The notes below the pieces were generated by a model that did no database searches, was not told the DNA's origin, and saw only the letters and a program-made list of their open reading frames with translations. 34,519 nucleotides of DNA, from the IMG/VR virus record IMGVR_UViG_3300044701_000240, positions 1-34,519 of that record. The stretch is one strand, 5' to 3'. This document shows positions 1 to 7,731 of this stretch, one piece after another. The number at the start of each line of letters is the position of its first letter. Position 1 is the stretch's first letter. The translations under genes were made by a program, and so were the position numbers. The stretch is from a virus (Duplodnaviria > Caudoviricetes).

Positions 1-390
1 AGTCAACGGTATGCACAAGTTACTGAAGTAGCACAGGTACCAGACCTTCGTAGACAAGACCTGAAGAACCGACAGAATAGTGTTGATGATCTAGATGAAG
101 TAGTGAAGAGTAGCTATGAATATGAGATCATGAAGCTGTATGGTGAATGTTATGACCTGTATAAACGTATGCTTGAAGCTGGGGTAGCTAAGGAATGTGC
201 AAGAGAAGTGCTTCCAATGGCTGCTCCTACTCGACTGTATATGAATGGTAGTGTTAGGTCTTGGTTGCATTATTGTGACCTGAGGACGAGTAATGGGACA
301 CAGAAAGAACATGCTGTGATTGCTGGACAGATTCAAGACATTCTCTATGAACAATTGCCAAGTGTTTGTAGTGCAATGTGGGGTAAATGA
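1..390 (+). CDS. thyX: FAD-dependent thymidylate synthase ThyX (5'-truncated by window edge)
   Basis: Frame 1 is open from base 1: SQRY (end of the ThyX RHRxxSxxxxSxRY motif)...DLRRQDLKNRQNS...GVAKECAREVLP...TRLYMNGSVRSWLHYCDLRTSNGTQKEH. Confidence 0.93.
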   Translation, partial: SQRYAQVTEVAQVPDLRRQDLKNRQNSVDDLDEVVKSSYEYEIMKLYGECYDLYKRMLEAGVAKECAREVLPMAAPTRLYMNGSVRSWLHYCDLRTSNGTQKEHAVIAGQIQDILYEQLPSVCSAMWGK

Positions 391-1000
391 CCGTTAGAGG
401 TGTCTAGAAGGGGCTAGAAGGGTTGTGTAGTGTGTCTTGGGTGTCTTTGTACGTTCAAGGTGTTAGACGGCCTTTCTAGGTCATCCTGAGTGGTCCTTAA
501 TTTTTGACAGAAATTTCTTAAGTCTATTACTACGCTGGAGCGACGACGCAACCCCCCATAGGGGTACCCCCGGATGCACACGTACGCACCTGCCCACACC
601 CGTGTACGCACGCACCCAGGCGCGGATAAGCCGTGTCCAGCGCATCTGCACTACACACAGGTACGCAGGACATAGGCGTGCAGGCAGGCACACACATGAT
701 GGCCAGCTATCAACATATAACAGTAGCGTTATATTTATATCAAACACATCTGTCGACCCTTACTGAGAATGTTATTGAGAACCCAGTGATACCAATGGAT
801 CTCAGCGATACACTGTACCATAAGCAACACTGATAACCGCTGCAACAACAGGGATTAGGCTGTACTATGTGCCACTTGCTGTCACTGTCCACCAATCAGA
901 GCGGCTACCGTCAACCCATACTCTTCTTTGAATGTTGAGAGTTACTCGACTCTCCCTGTTAAGGGTGAGGAGAGTCTCGAAACTTCAACCAGAAGAGATG
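391..1000. other. Non-coding probable genome-end / terminal-repeat junction
   Basis: No credible ORF; lies between a late/right-end gene and the early promoter; overlapping palindromes CCCCATAGGGG/GGGGTACCCC at 554-570; three GTACGCA copies. Confidence 0.6.
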
Positions 1001-1071
1001 AGACACCAAGCCAACTGAATACGGCAAGCAGCCCTTGGCACTGTGCCACCTGACAAGCCGACCACCACTCC

Positions 1072-1100
1072 TTGACAGACCGCTCCAGCCAGGCTATGGT
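1072..1100 (+). promoter_or_regulatory. Host sigma70-type early promoter
   Basis: TTGACA (1072-1077), 17-nt spacer, TATGGT (1095-1100), upstream of the first early gene, like the T7 A promoters. Confidence 0.8.
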
Positions 1101-1109
1101 GAGAGCATC

Positions 1110-1122
1110 GAACCTCGACAAC
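1110..1122 (+). promoter_or_regulatory. boxA-like element
   Basis: GAACCTCGACAAC right after the predicted TSS; resembles the cyanobacterial rrn boxA GAACCTTGA(A/C)AAC. Confidence 0.5.
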
Positions 1123-1383
1123 CGAAGAGCCAAGGCTGAGTAGGACCACGGGTCACTGCCGCCACACCACCTGCCGAGCGGGTTCCAGGGGTTGTGGGTT
1201 AGGGTACACTCCTTAGGTGCCAGCCGTGCCACGCCGAGAAGGGTGAGCACCACCAGGCGGCGACTAGCCGTCACCAGCGCCGAGCCACAGGCGCTATACA
1301 AGTTTGATCATGGCACCACATGCGTCTGATACTGAGGTGGAAGCGATACTCAGGGACGCACTTAACCACTTGTTTGTTACATC

Positions 1384-1617
1384 ATGTTCAGCTTCAACAT
1401 TGTTGACCGCACCTCCAGCGCTATTGATTGTCTGCTGGTTGATCCTATTCGTGGCACTGCATGTGTCATCTTCAAGAATGGGTACAGCTATGCATACATC
1501 AATGTGTCTCGTCGTGCTATTGCCAACCTGCTTCTCAATCCCAACATGAGTCTTGGGTTCTGGGTTAACGCTAACCTTGTCAACTCCACTCGTGTCTATG
1601 AGACTGCACTTGGCTGA
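1384..1617 (+). CDS. KTSC-domain-like small early protein
   Basis: RTSSAI...VDP..GT..V.FKNG.SY.Y.NV......LL...SLG.WVN follows the KTSC pattern SS.I..vgYD.....L.v.F..G..Y.Y..V......ll.a.S.G.yfN. Confidence 0.65.
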   Translation: MFSFNIVDRTSSAIDCLLVDPIRGTACVIFKNGYSYAYINVSRRAIANLLLNPNMSLGFWVNANLVNSTRVYETALG

Positions 1618-1624
1618 TACGGTC

Positions 1625-1683
1625 AGCTACACTTAGGGATCACGAGTAATGATCCTTTTCTGTAGCTCACACAAACAGCTACG
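1625..1683 (+). promoter_or_regulatory. Putative RNase III processing hairpin 1
   Basis: AGCTACA/TGTAGCT stem, CTT/TTC internal loop, AGGGATCA/TGATCCTT upper stem; intergenic. Confidence 0.7.
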
Positions 1684-1702
1684 TTTACACACATACGACG
1701 TA

Positions 1703-2005
1703 ATGTTTTACAACAACGAGATCACGAGTGCACTTGCTGCACGCTTCACTGATATGGATGAGATCAAGGACGTAGCCAGGCATGGTTGTGCCATGGGTGT
1801 GTCTGGTTTCATCTACTACGATGAGACCACTAAGTTCTTCTGGGAGCATGAAGATTCCATTGAGGATGTATGTTATGACACCTTAGGTGGTGACTTCATG
1901 TCTATCATTGCGAAGAACACAACGAGTGTTCACAACATGATTCAGGTTATGGTATGGCATGTTGTTGAGACATACTGCCAACATGTACTTGATCAAGGTG
2001 AGTAA
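1703..2005 (+). CDS. Acidic early hypothetical protein (HGCxxGxSGFIYYxET motif)
   Basis: ATG at 1703 after the processing hairpin, in frame with the 1649 ORF; motif typical of phage early proteins. Confidence 0.8.
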   Translation: MFYNNEITSALAARFTDMDEIKDVARHGCAMGVSGFIYYDETTKFFWEHEDSIEDVCYDTLGGDFMSIIAKNTTSVHNMIQVMVWHVVETYCQHVLDQGE

Positions 2006-2046
2006 TCACCGACGCACAGATATAACTTAGTGTTCACACTCATAAG

Positions 2047-2105
2047 TGAGGACTACACTTAACCTTCACAATGTGTAGGTTTTCTGTAGTCCTCATGTGG
2101 CTACA
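2047..2105 (+). promoter_or_regulatory. Putative RNase III processing hairpin 2
   Basis: 11-bp TGAGGACTACA/TGTAGTCCTCA stem, CTT/TTC internal loop, AACCT/AGGTT upper stem. Confidence 0.7.
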
Positions 2106-2125
2106 TTGTTACTCACTATTTAACA

Positions 2126-2707
2126 ATGACGAGCACAGTTACACAACCCATGTTCATGATCAAAGGTGATGCACTCATTGATTATCACAATGATATGATG
2201 CAACGAGTTGAGAGAGGAGAGATTACACGTACTGAAGTCATCCTTGATGCTGGTTATGTGTATGACAATGGCAAGGCTATGTATGTTGACTACTATACAG
2301 AGCTATTGAATGCAAGAGGGACTGTACCTGTGACTACTCGTGATGTTGCGGACAAGGAGTATGATGACTTGTCCACTGACGCTAAGGATCTTTATGATAA
2401 GATCACCGATATCCTTGGTGAGAAGTGGACGCATGAGGAGACGATTGCGTTCATGGATGAGCTTGATGAGTTAGGCATCAACACTGCCAGTCAGTTTGAG
2501 GATGCATTCGAATGGGAGCATGACAGCTACTCATCGTATGCAGAGAAGGAGTTTGCTGAGTACTTCGTGATTGAGGTCATGGATGCACGTATCCCTGACA
2601 TTGTGATGGCTGCTGTTGATTGGCAGGATGTATGGGATCATAACCTCAAGTATGATTTCTCATACATTGAGACCAACAATGGTACGTACTTCTTCCGCAA
2701 CATTTGA
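2126..2707 (+). CDS. ArdA-like antirestriction protein with N-terminal cyAbrB-like domain
   Basis: Acidic C-terminus FEDAF...EKEFAE...IPD....VDWQ.VW..NL.YDF...NGTYFFRN resembles ArdA; N-terminus KGDAL...RTEVILDAGYV...GK..YVDYYTELLNARG resembles the cyAbrB N-terminal region. Confidence 0.65.
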   Translation: MTSTVTQPMFMIKGDALIDYHNDMMQRVERGEITRTEVILDAGYVYDNGKAMYVDYYTELLNARGTVPVTTRDVADKEYDDLSTDAKDLYDKITDILGEKWTHEETIAFMDELDELGINTASQFEDAFEWEHDSYSSYAEKEFAEYFVIEVMDARIPDIVMAAVDWQDVWDHNLKYDFSYIETNNGTYFFRNI

Positions 2708-2708
2708 T

Positions 2709-2772
2709 TCTCTCACTCAGGGACGTATACAATGGTGTGTATGTCTCCCTTTCTGAGGGATTCATTCCCTCG
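2709..2772 (+). promoter_or_regulatory. Putative RNase III processing hairpin 3
   Basis: TCTCTCA/TGAGGGA stem, CTC/TTC internal loop, AGGGA/TCCCT plus CGTATACA/TGTGTATG upper stem. Confidence 0.65.
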
Positions 2773-2792
2773 ATGTTGTTTATTAACTAACG

Positions 2793-3041
2793 ATGACTGT
2801 TTTCACACTTACCAGCTATTGTGGTTGTGGGTCTACTACAATCATTGGTGTCTTTGAATCTATGGAGGCTTGTCTTGAGCGTTGCCGTGTGCTTGCTGTT
2901 TGTACTGACCCTGGTGATGAGTATCGCATTGAGTGCTTCGATGTGAAAACATTTGATGAGGAAGTTGAGAACACTGAACGTACGTTGCGTTCACGTGCTG
3001 AGTGGAAGGCCAAGCAAGCTAAACTTGAGGAGATGGAGTGA
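2793..3041 (+). CDS. Hypothetical early protein
   Basis: 82-aa ORF; stop overlaps the next start. Confidence 0.75.
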   Translation: MTVFTLTSYCGCGSTTIIGVFESMEACLERCRVLAVCTDPGDEYRIECFDVKTFDEEVENTERTLRSRAEWKAKQAKLEEME

Positions 3042-3229
3042 TGCCAACTGTACACGACACAGCTATTAAAGTTGATGTGTATCCTGATGAGTTCAAACCT
3101 ATCATGAAGGCAGTCAAGTATGCACTGCTATGTGATGACTCACGTAGCATCTTGAGTGAAGAGGAGTGGGCTACGTTGAATGCGTGGCTTGATGATTTCT
3201 CTGACGTTGCACTTAATGAGGGTGTATGA
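3041..3229 (+). CDS. Hypothetical early protein
   Basis: TGATG coupling; MPTVHDTAIKVDVYPDEFKPIMKAVKYALL. Confidence 0.75.
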   Translation: MPTVHDTAIKVDVYPDEFKPIMKAVKYALLCDDSRSILSEEEWATLNAWLDDFSDVALNEGV

Positions 3230-3375
3230 TTAACAAGAACGGACGCAAGGTAGGTAAACAGAAGAGCAGTCTGTTTATGAATAAGCACACACCACGTCGT
3301 CAGGTATTCCCTGAGTGGATGTTACGTGCTGAGATTGAACGTGCCGAACAAGCTAAACGTGTAGGTCATCAATGA
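3226..3375 (+). CDS. Small basic hypothetical protein (49 aa, not in ORF track)
   Basis: MINKNGRKVGKQKSSLFMNKHTPRRQVFPEWMLRAEIERAEQAKRVGHQ; ATGA overlaps at both ends. Confidence 0.65.
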   Translation: MINKNGRKVGKQKSSLFMNKHTPRRQVFPEWMLRAEIERAEQAKRVGHQ

Positions 3376-3545
3376 AAGCTAACATTCGAGCATTGCTTGA
3401 TCGTGTCATCCGTGATGGTATTGACCACACCTTTCTTAATACGGAGGTTCAGATCTCTGATGCGTCAGTGATCCAACTCGCTCATGAATTAGAAGGTCGC
3501 ATCTGGCTTTACATCGACGAATACTTTGACTTTGAGGATCAATGA
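3372..3545 (+). CDS. Small hypothetical protein (57 aa, not in ORF track)
   Basis: MKANIRALLDRVIRDGIDHTFLNTEVQISDASVIQLAHELEGRIWLYIDEYFDFEDQ; ATGA overlaps at both ends. Confidence 0.7.
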   Translation: MKANIRALLDRVIRDGIDHTFLNTEVQISDASVIQLAHELEGRIWLYIDEYFDFEDQ

Positions 3546-3784
3546 AACTAACCATTCCAAGTGATATTATTGTGGGTCAATACCTACAATTTTTCACACT
3601 CATAATGTGTGCAAGTATAGCATTTGTCTACACTTGTGGCTACACATTTGGTCTATTTGTTCACTCACTCAACGACGCATGTACACAACTCACAAGGGAC
3701 TTCGTGAGTATGAAATCACATTACGTTCAGGTGTTTGGTATCTACTTGCACCCGACTCTGAGCAGGCAGCTTGGACTGCGTTAG
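3542..3784 (+). CDS. Hypothetical membrane protein
   Basis: ATGA-coupled start; hydrophobic segment FFTLIMCASIAFVYTCGYTFGLFV. Confidence 0.5.
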   Translation: MKLTIPSDIIVGQYLQFFTLIMCASIAFVYTCGYTFGLFVHSLNDACTQLTRDFVSMKSHYVQVFGIYLHPTLSRQLGLR

Positions 3785-3843
3785 AGTTGTCCCGTGAACG
3801 TAACGATCATCTACTAAATGTAAAGCAAACAGATGAGTGGTAA
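3679..3843 (+). CDS. Small hypothetical protein
   Basis: MYTTHKGLREYEITLRSGVWYLLAPDSEQAAWTALELSRERNDHLLNVKQTDEW; overlaps the next start. Confidence 0.65.
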   Translation: MYTTHKGLREYEITLRSGVWYLLAPDSEQAAWTALELSRERNDHLLNVKQTDEW

Positions 3844-4165
3844 GAAGAAAAAGTATTACGATAACAATTGGCAAGAATACAAGGACGCAGACGACGACAT
3901 GTTCATTCCTCACACCTTTGAGGAAGTCATGGCGTGGAAGGTGCAGGGGTGGGAGTTACCCAGTTCTGTATGTTGTCTGATTCGAGCAACAGACCTTGAG
4001 ACTAGCAAGGTTACTGAGTTTGTCTATCGCAAGCATTCTGCTGCACAGCGTAAGGTACAACAACTAATCAACACACCAAACACTGAGTTTGTTGTTTGTG
4101 ATCATGATTCTGTACATTTCTTGACCCCTGCTAACATTGATGATTATGAGTATGATGACGATTGA
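3833..4165 (+). CDS. Cyanopodovirus hypothetical protein upstream of RNA polymerase
   Basis: 110 aa; KKYYDNNWQEYKDA.D..F.PHTFEE.M.WK..GWELPSSV; acidic tail. Confidence 0.85.
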   Translation: MSGKKKKYYDNNWQEYKDADDDMFIPHTFEEVMAWKVQGWELPSSVCCLIRATDLETSKVTEFVYRKHSAAQRKVQQLINTPNTEFVVCDHDSVHFLTPANIDDYEYDDD

Positions 4166-4259
4166 AGAGTTCATGGAATTTGCTGATGAGTATCCTGAAC
4201 TTGCACAGTGTGTATGTTTGGATGAGGTTGAGGTCTACCTCGAAGAAGAGTGTAACTGA
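4152..4259 (+). CDS. Very acidic 35-aa peptide coupled to the RNA polymerase gene
   Basis: MMTIEEFMEFADEYPELAQCVCLDEVEVYLEEECN; TGA overlaps the RNAP ATG. Confidence 0.6.
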   Translation: MMTIEEFMEFADEYPELAQCVCLDEVEVYLEEECN

Positions 4260-6598
4260 TGGCAACACCTGCTCAGATCAGTGAACAGGTGGAGCTTGAG
4301 CGTGATCAGATACGACAAGGGCTCAAGCGGTTACGGGATAACACGGACGCACTACAGCAACGTAGTTATGCATCGGCTTCAGTGTATGGGATTGCATCAA
4401 TTGATATGCTACTCCCAATTCTTGTTAAGCGGTTGGAGGATACCAACAACCGCATCCATGAGGGTAAGACTGGGGTAGCATTCAAGGAGATTGCACACTA
4501 CATCAGTGATCTCGAACCTCTAGCTGCTGCTGCTATTGCATTGAAGCTTACCTTTGATAAGGTATTCAGCTACAAGGAAGGTAGTGATCAACTACAAGCG
4601 GTATGTGATGGTATCGGTTCAGCTGTTGAGGCTGAGTGTCAGATGCGTTACTATGAACGATGTGCACCTGGTCTTCTCAATATTCTGAAGAAGAACTATT
4701 GGCATAAGTCATGCGGTACTGATCAGAAGCTTACGGTGATTCAAACATTGATGAACCGTAATGATATCCAACAATGGCAATCATGGGGCAGAGCAAACCG
4801 CATCAAACTAGGATGTTGGTTGCTCGATTGTATCATTGAGACATCACAATGGTTCACCAAGGACATGCGTCAGGAGGGACGCAAGCGTGTTAACTACGTT
4901 GTACCTACACCTGAGTTCATCTCCATCAAAGACAAGGTGATGGCCGATGCTGAGCTATTTGCTCCGCTTGCCTGGCCAATGTTGATTGAACCAAATAATT
5001 GGACCAATGAACGTGCGGGTGGGTACATCCTCAATGAGGTGATGCGTGGGCATGATCTAGTACGCAGGGGCGATCCCACATGTATACAGGGAGAAACACC
5101 AATCAACTTTCTGAACAAGATTCAGAAGGTTGCCTTTACTCTAAATCCTTTTATTGTAAGGGTTGCGGAAGAACTAGATAGATTGGAACGAGCAGTTGGT
5201 AAGTTCCTCCCAATCGTGAATCATGAGTTACCGCCAAAGCCATTTGATATTGCGGAGAACAAAGAATCTCGGCAAGCATATCGAAGGGCAGCGGCAGAGA
5301 CAATGAACTTGAACGCACAAGAGTTCAAGAAGTCTTGTCGTACTCGGATGACAATGGAGGCAGTGAGAAGGTTCAAGGACGTAGCTAGGTTCTACATACC
5401 TTGGAGCTTTGACTATAGAGGGAGAGCTTATCCTATCCCTGCCTTCCTATCTCCTCAAGATACAGACTTTGGAAAAAGTCTATTAGTCTTTGCTGATGGG
5501 TCGTTCATGACTCCTGAAGCTGAGGATTGGTTAGCCTTTCAAGTTGCTACAACATTCGGTCTTGATAAAGCACCAATGGTTGAGCGTCTTGAATGGGCGA
5601 GAAATAACCATGAATTGTTCACACTCATAGCAACAGATCCCATTGGTAATGTACATCTTTGGGAGGGTGTCGAAGAACCTTGGCAGTTCCTAGCAGCTGC
5701 TGAAGAATACTATCATTGTGTCGTAGTAGCCGATAGGCAATTCACACGTTTGATGGTAGCAACCGATGCCACTTGCTCAGGGTTACAGATACTTGCAGGT
5801 CTTGCTAGAGATAAATCTACAGCACGTCTTGTTAACGTACTGCCTGGTGATAAACCACAGGACGCATACAAGGTAGTAGCTGAAGCTGCAACACCTTACT
5901 GTCCTGAAAGCATCCAACCTTATATGGACAGGAAAACGGTCAAGCGCGTAGTGATGACCGTGCCTTATAATGCAAAACCATTCTCAAACAGAGGCTACAT
6001 TCGTGAAGCACTAGCTGAGAAGGGTGTTGAGATTAGCAAGGAGGATCTAACTGCAACAGTCAAGGCTGTACGCAACGCTATGGATGTTGTCGTGCCTGGC
6101 CCTATGGCTGTTATGAAGTGGATTGAGGATGAAGTAGCAAGTGCTATCAAAGCCGGTAAGGAGTATCTTGAATGGACAACACCATCGGGGTTTGTTGTAC
6201 ATCAGAAGTTGAACAAGAAACTTGTTGTCTCTATTGAGTTACAACTTCTTGGTCGCTGTAAGATGCAGGTCGCAGTTGACGATTCAGACGAGGTTGATCT
6301 CAACCATCACAAGAATGCAACAGCTCCTAATCTTATTCACAGCTTGGATGCTTCTTTGTTACATTTGAGTGTCTTGCGGTTTGACGCACCTATTGCTCTC
6401 ATTCACGATTCTGTCCTTTGTCGTGCAACGGACATGTCTACCCTATCCTCCATTGTACGACAAACCTACATGCACCTGTTCGCAGAGCATGATTATCTGA
6501 AAGACTTTGCTTCACATATTGGAGCAGAGACTGACCCACCGATTGTCGGAGACCTTGAACCGGAATCCGTCATCGAATCTACTTATTTTTTCTGCTGA
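4259..6598 (+). CDS. gp1: T7-like single-subunit RNA polymerase
   Basis: DYRGRAYP, motif A DATCSGLQ, motif B RKTVKRVVMTVPY, APNLIHSLDA, motif C IHDS. Confidence 0.98.
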   Translation: MATPAQISEQVELERDQIRQGLKRLRDNTDALQQRSYASASVYGIASIDMLLPILVKRLEDTNNRIHEGKTGVAFKEIAHYISDLEPLAAAAIALKLTFDKVFSYKEGSDQLQAVCDGIGSAVEAECQMRYYERCAPGLLNILKKNYWHKSCGTDQKLTVIQTLMNRNDIQQWQSWGRANRIKLGCWLLDCIIETSQWFTKDMRQEGRKRVNYVVPTPEFISIKDKVMADAELFAPLAWPMLIEPNNWTNERAGGYILNEVMRGHDLVRRGDPTCIQGETPINFLNKIQKVAFTLNPFIVRVAEELDRLERAVGKFLPIVNHELPPKPFDIAENKESRQAYRRAAAETMNLNAQEFKKSCRTRMTMEAVRRFKDVARFYIPWSFDYRGRAYPIPAFLSPQDTDFGKSLLVFADGSFMTPEAEDWLAFQVATTFGLDKAPMVERLEWARNNHELFTLIATDPIGNVHLWEGVEEPWQFLAAAEEYYHCVVVADRQFTRLMVATDATCSGLQILAGLARDKSTARLVNVLPGDKPQDAYKVVAEAATPYCPESIQPYMDRKTVKRVVMTVPYNAKPFSNRGYIREALAEKGVEISKEDLTATVKAVRNAMDVVVPGPMAVMKWIEDEVASAIKAGKEYLEWTTPSGFVVHQKLNKKLVVSIELQLLGRCKMQVAVDDSDEVDLNHHKNATAPNLIHSLDASLLHLSVLRFDAPIALIHDSVLCRATDMSTLSSIVRQTYMHLFAEHDYLKDFASHIGAETDPPIVGDLEPESVIESTYFFC

Positions 6599-6599
6599 A

Positions 6600-7166
6600 A
6601 TGGCACAATCCATCCACGTTACTCAACAGCCTGTTGTCCTTGAAGGTTATCAGGCTGTGCTGAAGCCTAGTAAGTTTGGTTATTCACTGTCCGCTATTGT
6701 TGATCAGACACTCATTGATCGTCTTGAAGAGGATCGTACTGAGTCGATCAAATGGGCAGAATCTAAACTGAAGAATCCAAAGCGCTCTACACTCAAGCCT
6801 GAACCTTGGGAAGAGGTGTCTGATGGTAAGTACAAGGTTAAGTTCAGTTGGAATGAAGAGACTCGTCCTCCTGTTGTCGACACTGAAGGTACACCCATCA
6901 CTGATGACAACACCCCGTTGTATAGTGGTAGTACGGTGAAGCTTGCTTTCCGTCAGAAGCCGTACATCCTGCGTGATGGTGTTACTTATGGTACGAGTCT
7001 TAAGCTTGTTGGCATCCAGGTCGTGACTGTTGGGTCGTCTGCTGGTGTTGACACTGGTGACCTCGGTGAGACTGAAGTGGCAGCACTGTTTGGTCAAACC
7101 AAAGGTTATAAGGCTGGTGAACCGAACATCACAGCCGCACCTGAAGTAGAGGAAGACGATTTCTGA
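6600..7166 (+). CDS. gp2.5: Single-stranded DNA-binding protein
   Basis: ATG at 6600; T7 synteny; acidic C-terminal tail ending in Phe (EVEEDDF). Confidence 0.92.
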   Translation: MAQSIHVTQQPVVLEGYQAVLKPSKFGYSLSAIVDQTLIDRLEEDRTESIKWAESKLKNPKRSTLKPEPWEEVSDGKYKVKFSWNEETRPPVVDTEGTPITDDNTPLYSGSTVKLAFRQKPYILRDGVTYGTSLKLVGIQVVTVGSSAGVDTGDLGETEVAALFGQTKGYKAGEPNITAAPEVEEDDF

Positions 7167-7522
7167 TGGCTAAGTACCGTTCAGGTCTAGAAGAGAAGGT
7201 AGCTAATCTTCTCTCTGGCTTGAAGGTATCGTTTGAATATGAGTCAACCAAAGTTCCTTACGTTCTTCAATGCAACTACACACCCGACTTTCTTTTACCG
7301 AATGGTGTCTACTTAGAGACCAAAGGACTTCTGAGCGAGGAAGACCGAAGGAAGATGAAAGCAGTGAAGAAAGCACATCCCGACTTAGATATTCGATTCG
7401 TCTTTCAAGCACCCTATAACAAGATCTACAAAGGATCCAAAACGACGTACGCACAATGGGCTGAGAAGAATGGCTTCCCCTATTGTGCATATCATTCCAT
7501 TCCCATTGATTGGCTAACATGA
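7166..7522 (+). CDS. gp3: Endonuclease I (Holliday junction resolvase)
   Basis: YRSGLEEKVA...YTPDFLLPNGVYLETKG...DIRFVF. Confidence 0.96.
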   Translation: MAKYRSGLEEKVANLLSGLKVSFEYESTKVPYVLQCNYTPDFLLPNGVYLETKGLLSEEDRRKMKAVKKAHPDLDIRFVFQAPYNKIYKGSKTTYAQWAEKNGFPYCAYHSIPIDWLT

Positions 7523-7731
7523 CCTCTTACCCTAAGTACGGCAGCGTTGAGTACTATGCGGAAGGATTTAGTGATTACCTCGCTGATGTTGAAGCTGAGG
7601 ACCCTAAAACTGTAGATAACCTGATGCAGGGATTTTACCTTGCACTTGATAACTGGTTCACTTATCATGATGAGCAAGCACGAGCATACGCAGACATCCG
7701 AAAGCGAGTTCGTGAGGCACTTACCGTGTGA
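7519..7731 (+). CDS. Hypothetical protein
   Basis: ATGA overlap with gp3; MTSYPKYGSVEYYAEGFSDYLAD. Confidence 0.7.
   Translation: MTSYPKYGSVEYYAEGFSDYLADVEAEDPKTVDNLMQGFYLALDNWFTYHDEQARAYADIRKRVREALTV

Noticed and set aside
504-536. Sigma70 promoter at TTGACA 504 (also TTGACA 21165)
   Set aside because: No good -10 hexamer at 16-18 nt spacing
1321-1360. Hammerhead ribozyme in the early leader (CTGATAC...GAA)
   Set aside because: Core does not match CUGANGA/GAAA and stem III is absent; kept only as a hairpin
633-1549. ORFs 633-833, 942-1301 (minus) and 1304-1549
   Set aside because: They overlap the promoter, structured leader or KTSC gene and show atypical composition
1625-2772. CRISPR-like or mobile repeats among the early intergenic elements
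   Set aside because: They share structure but not sequence and are separated by whole genes; RNase III sites fit better
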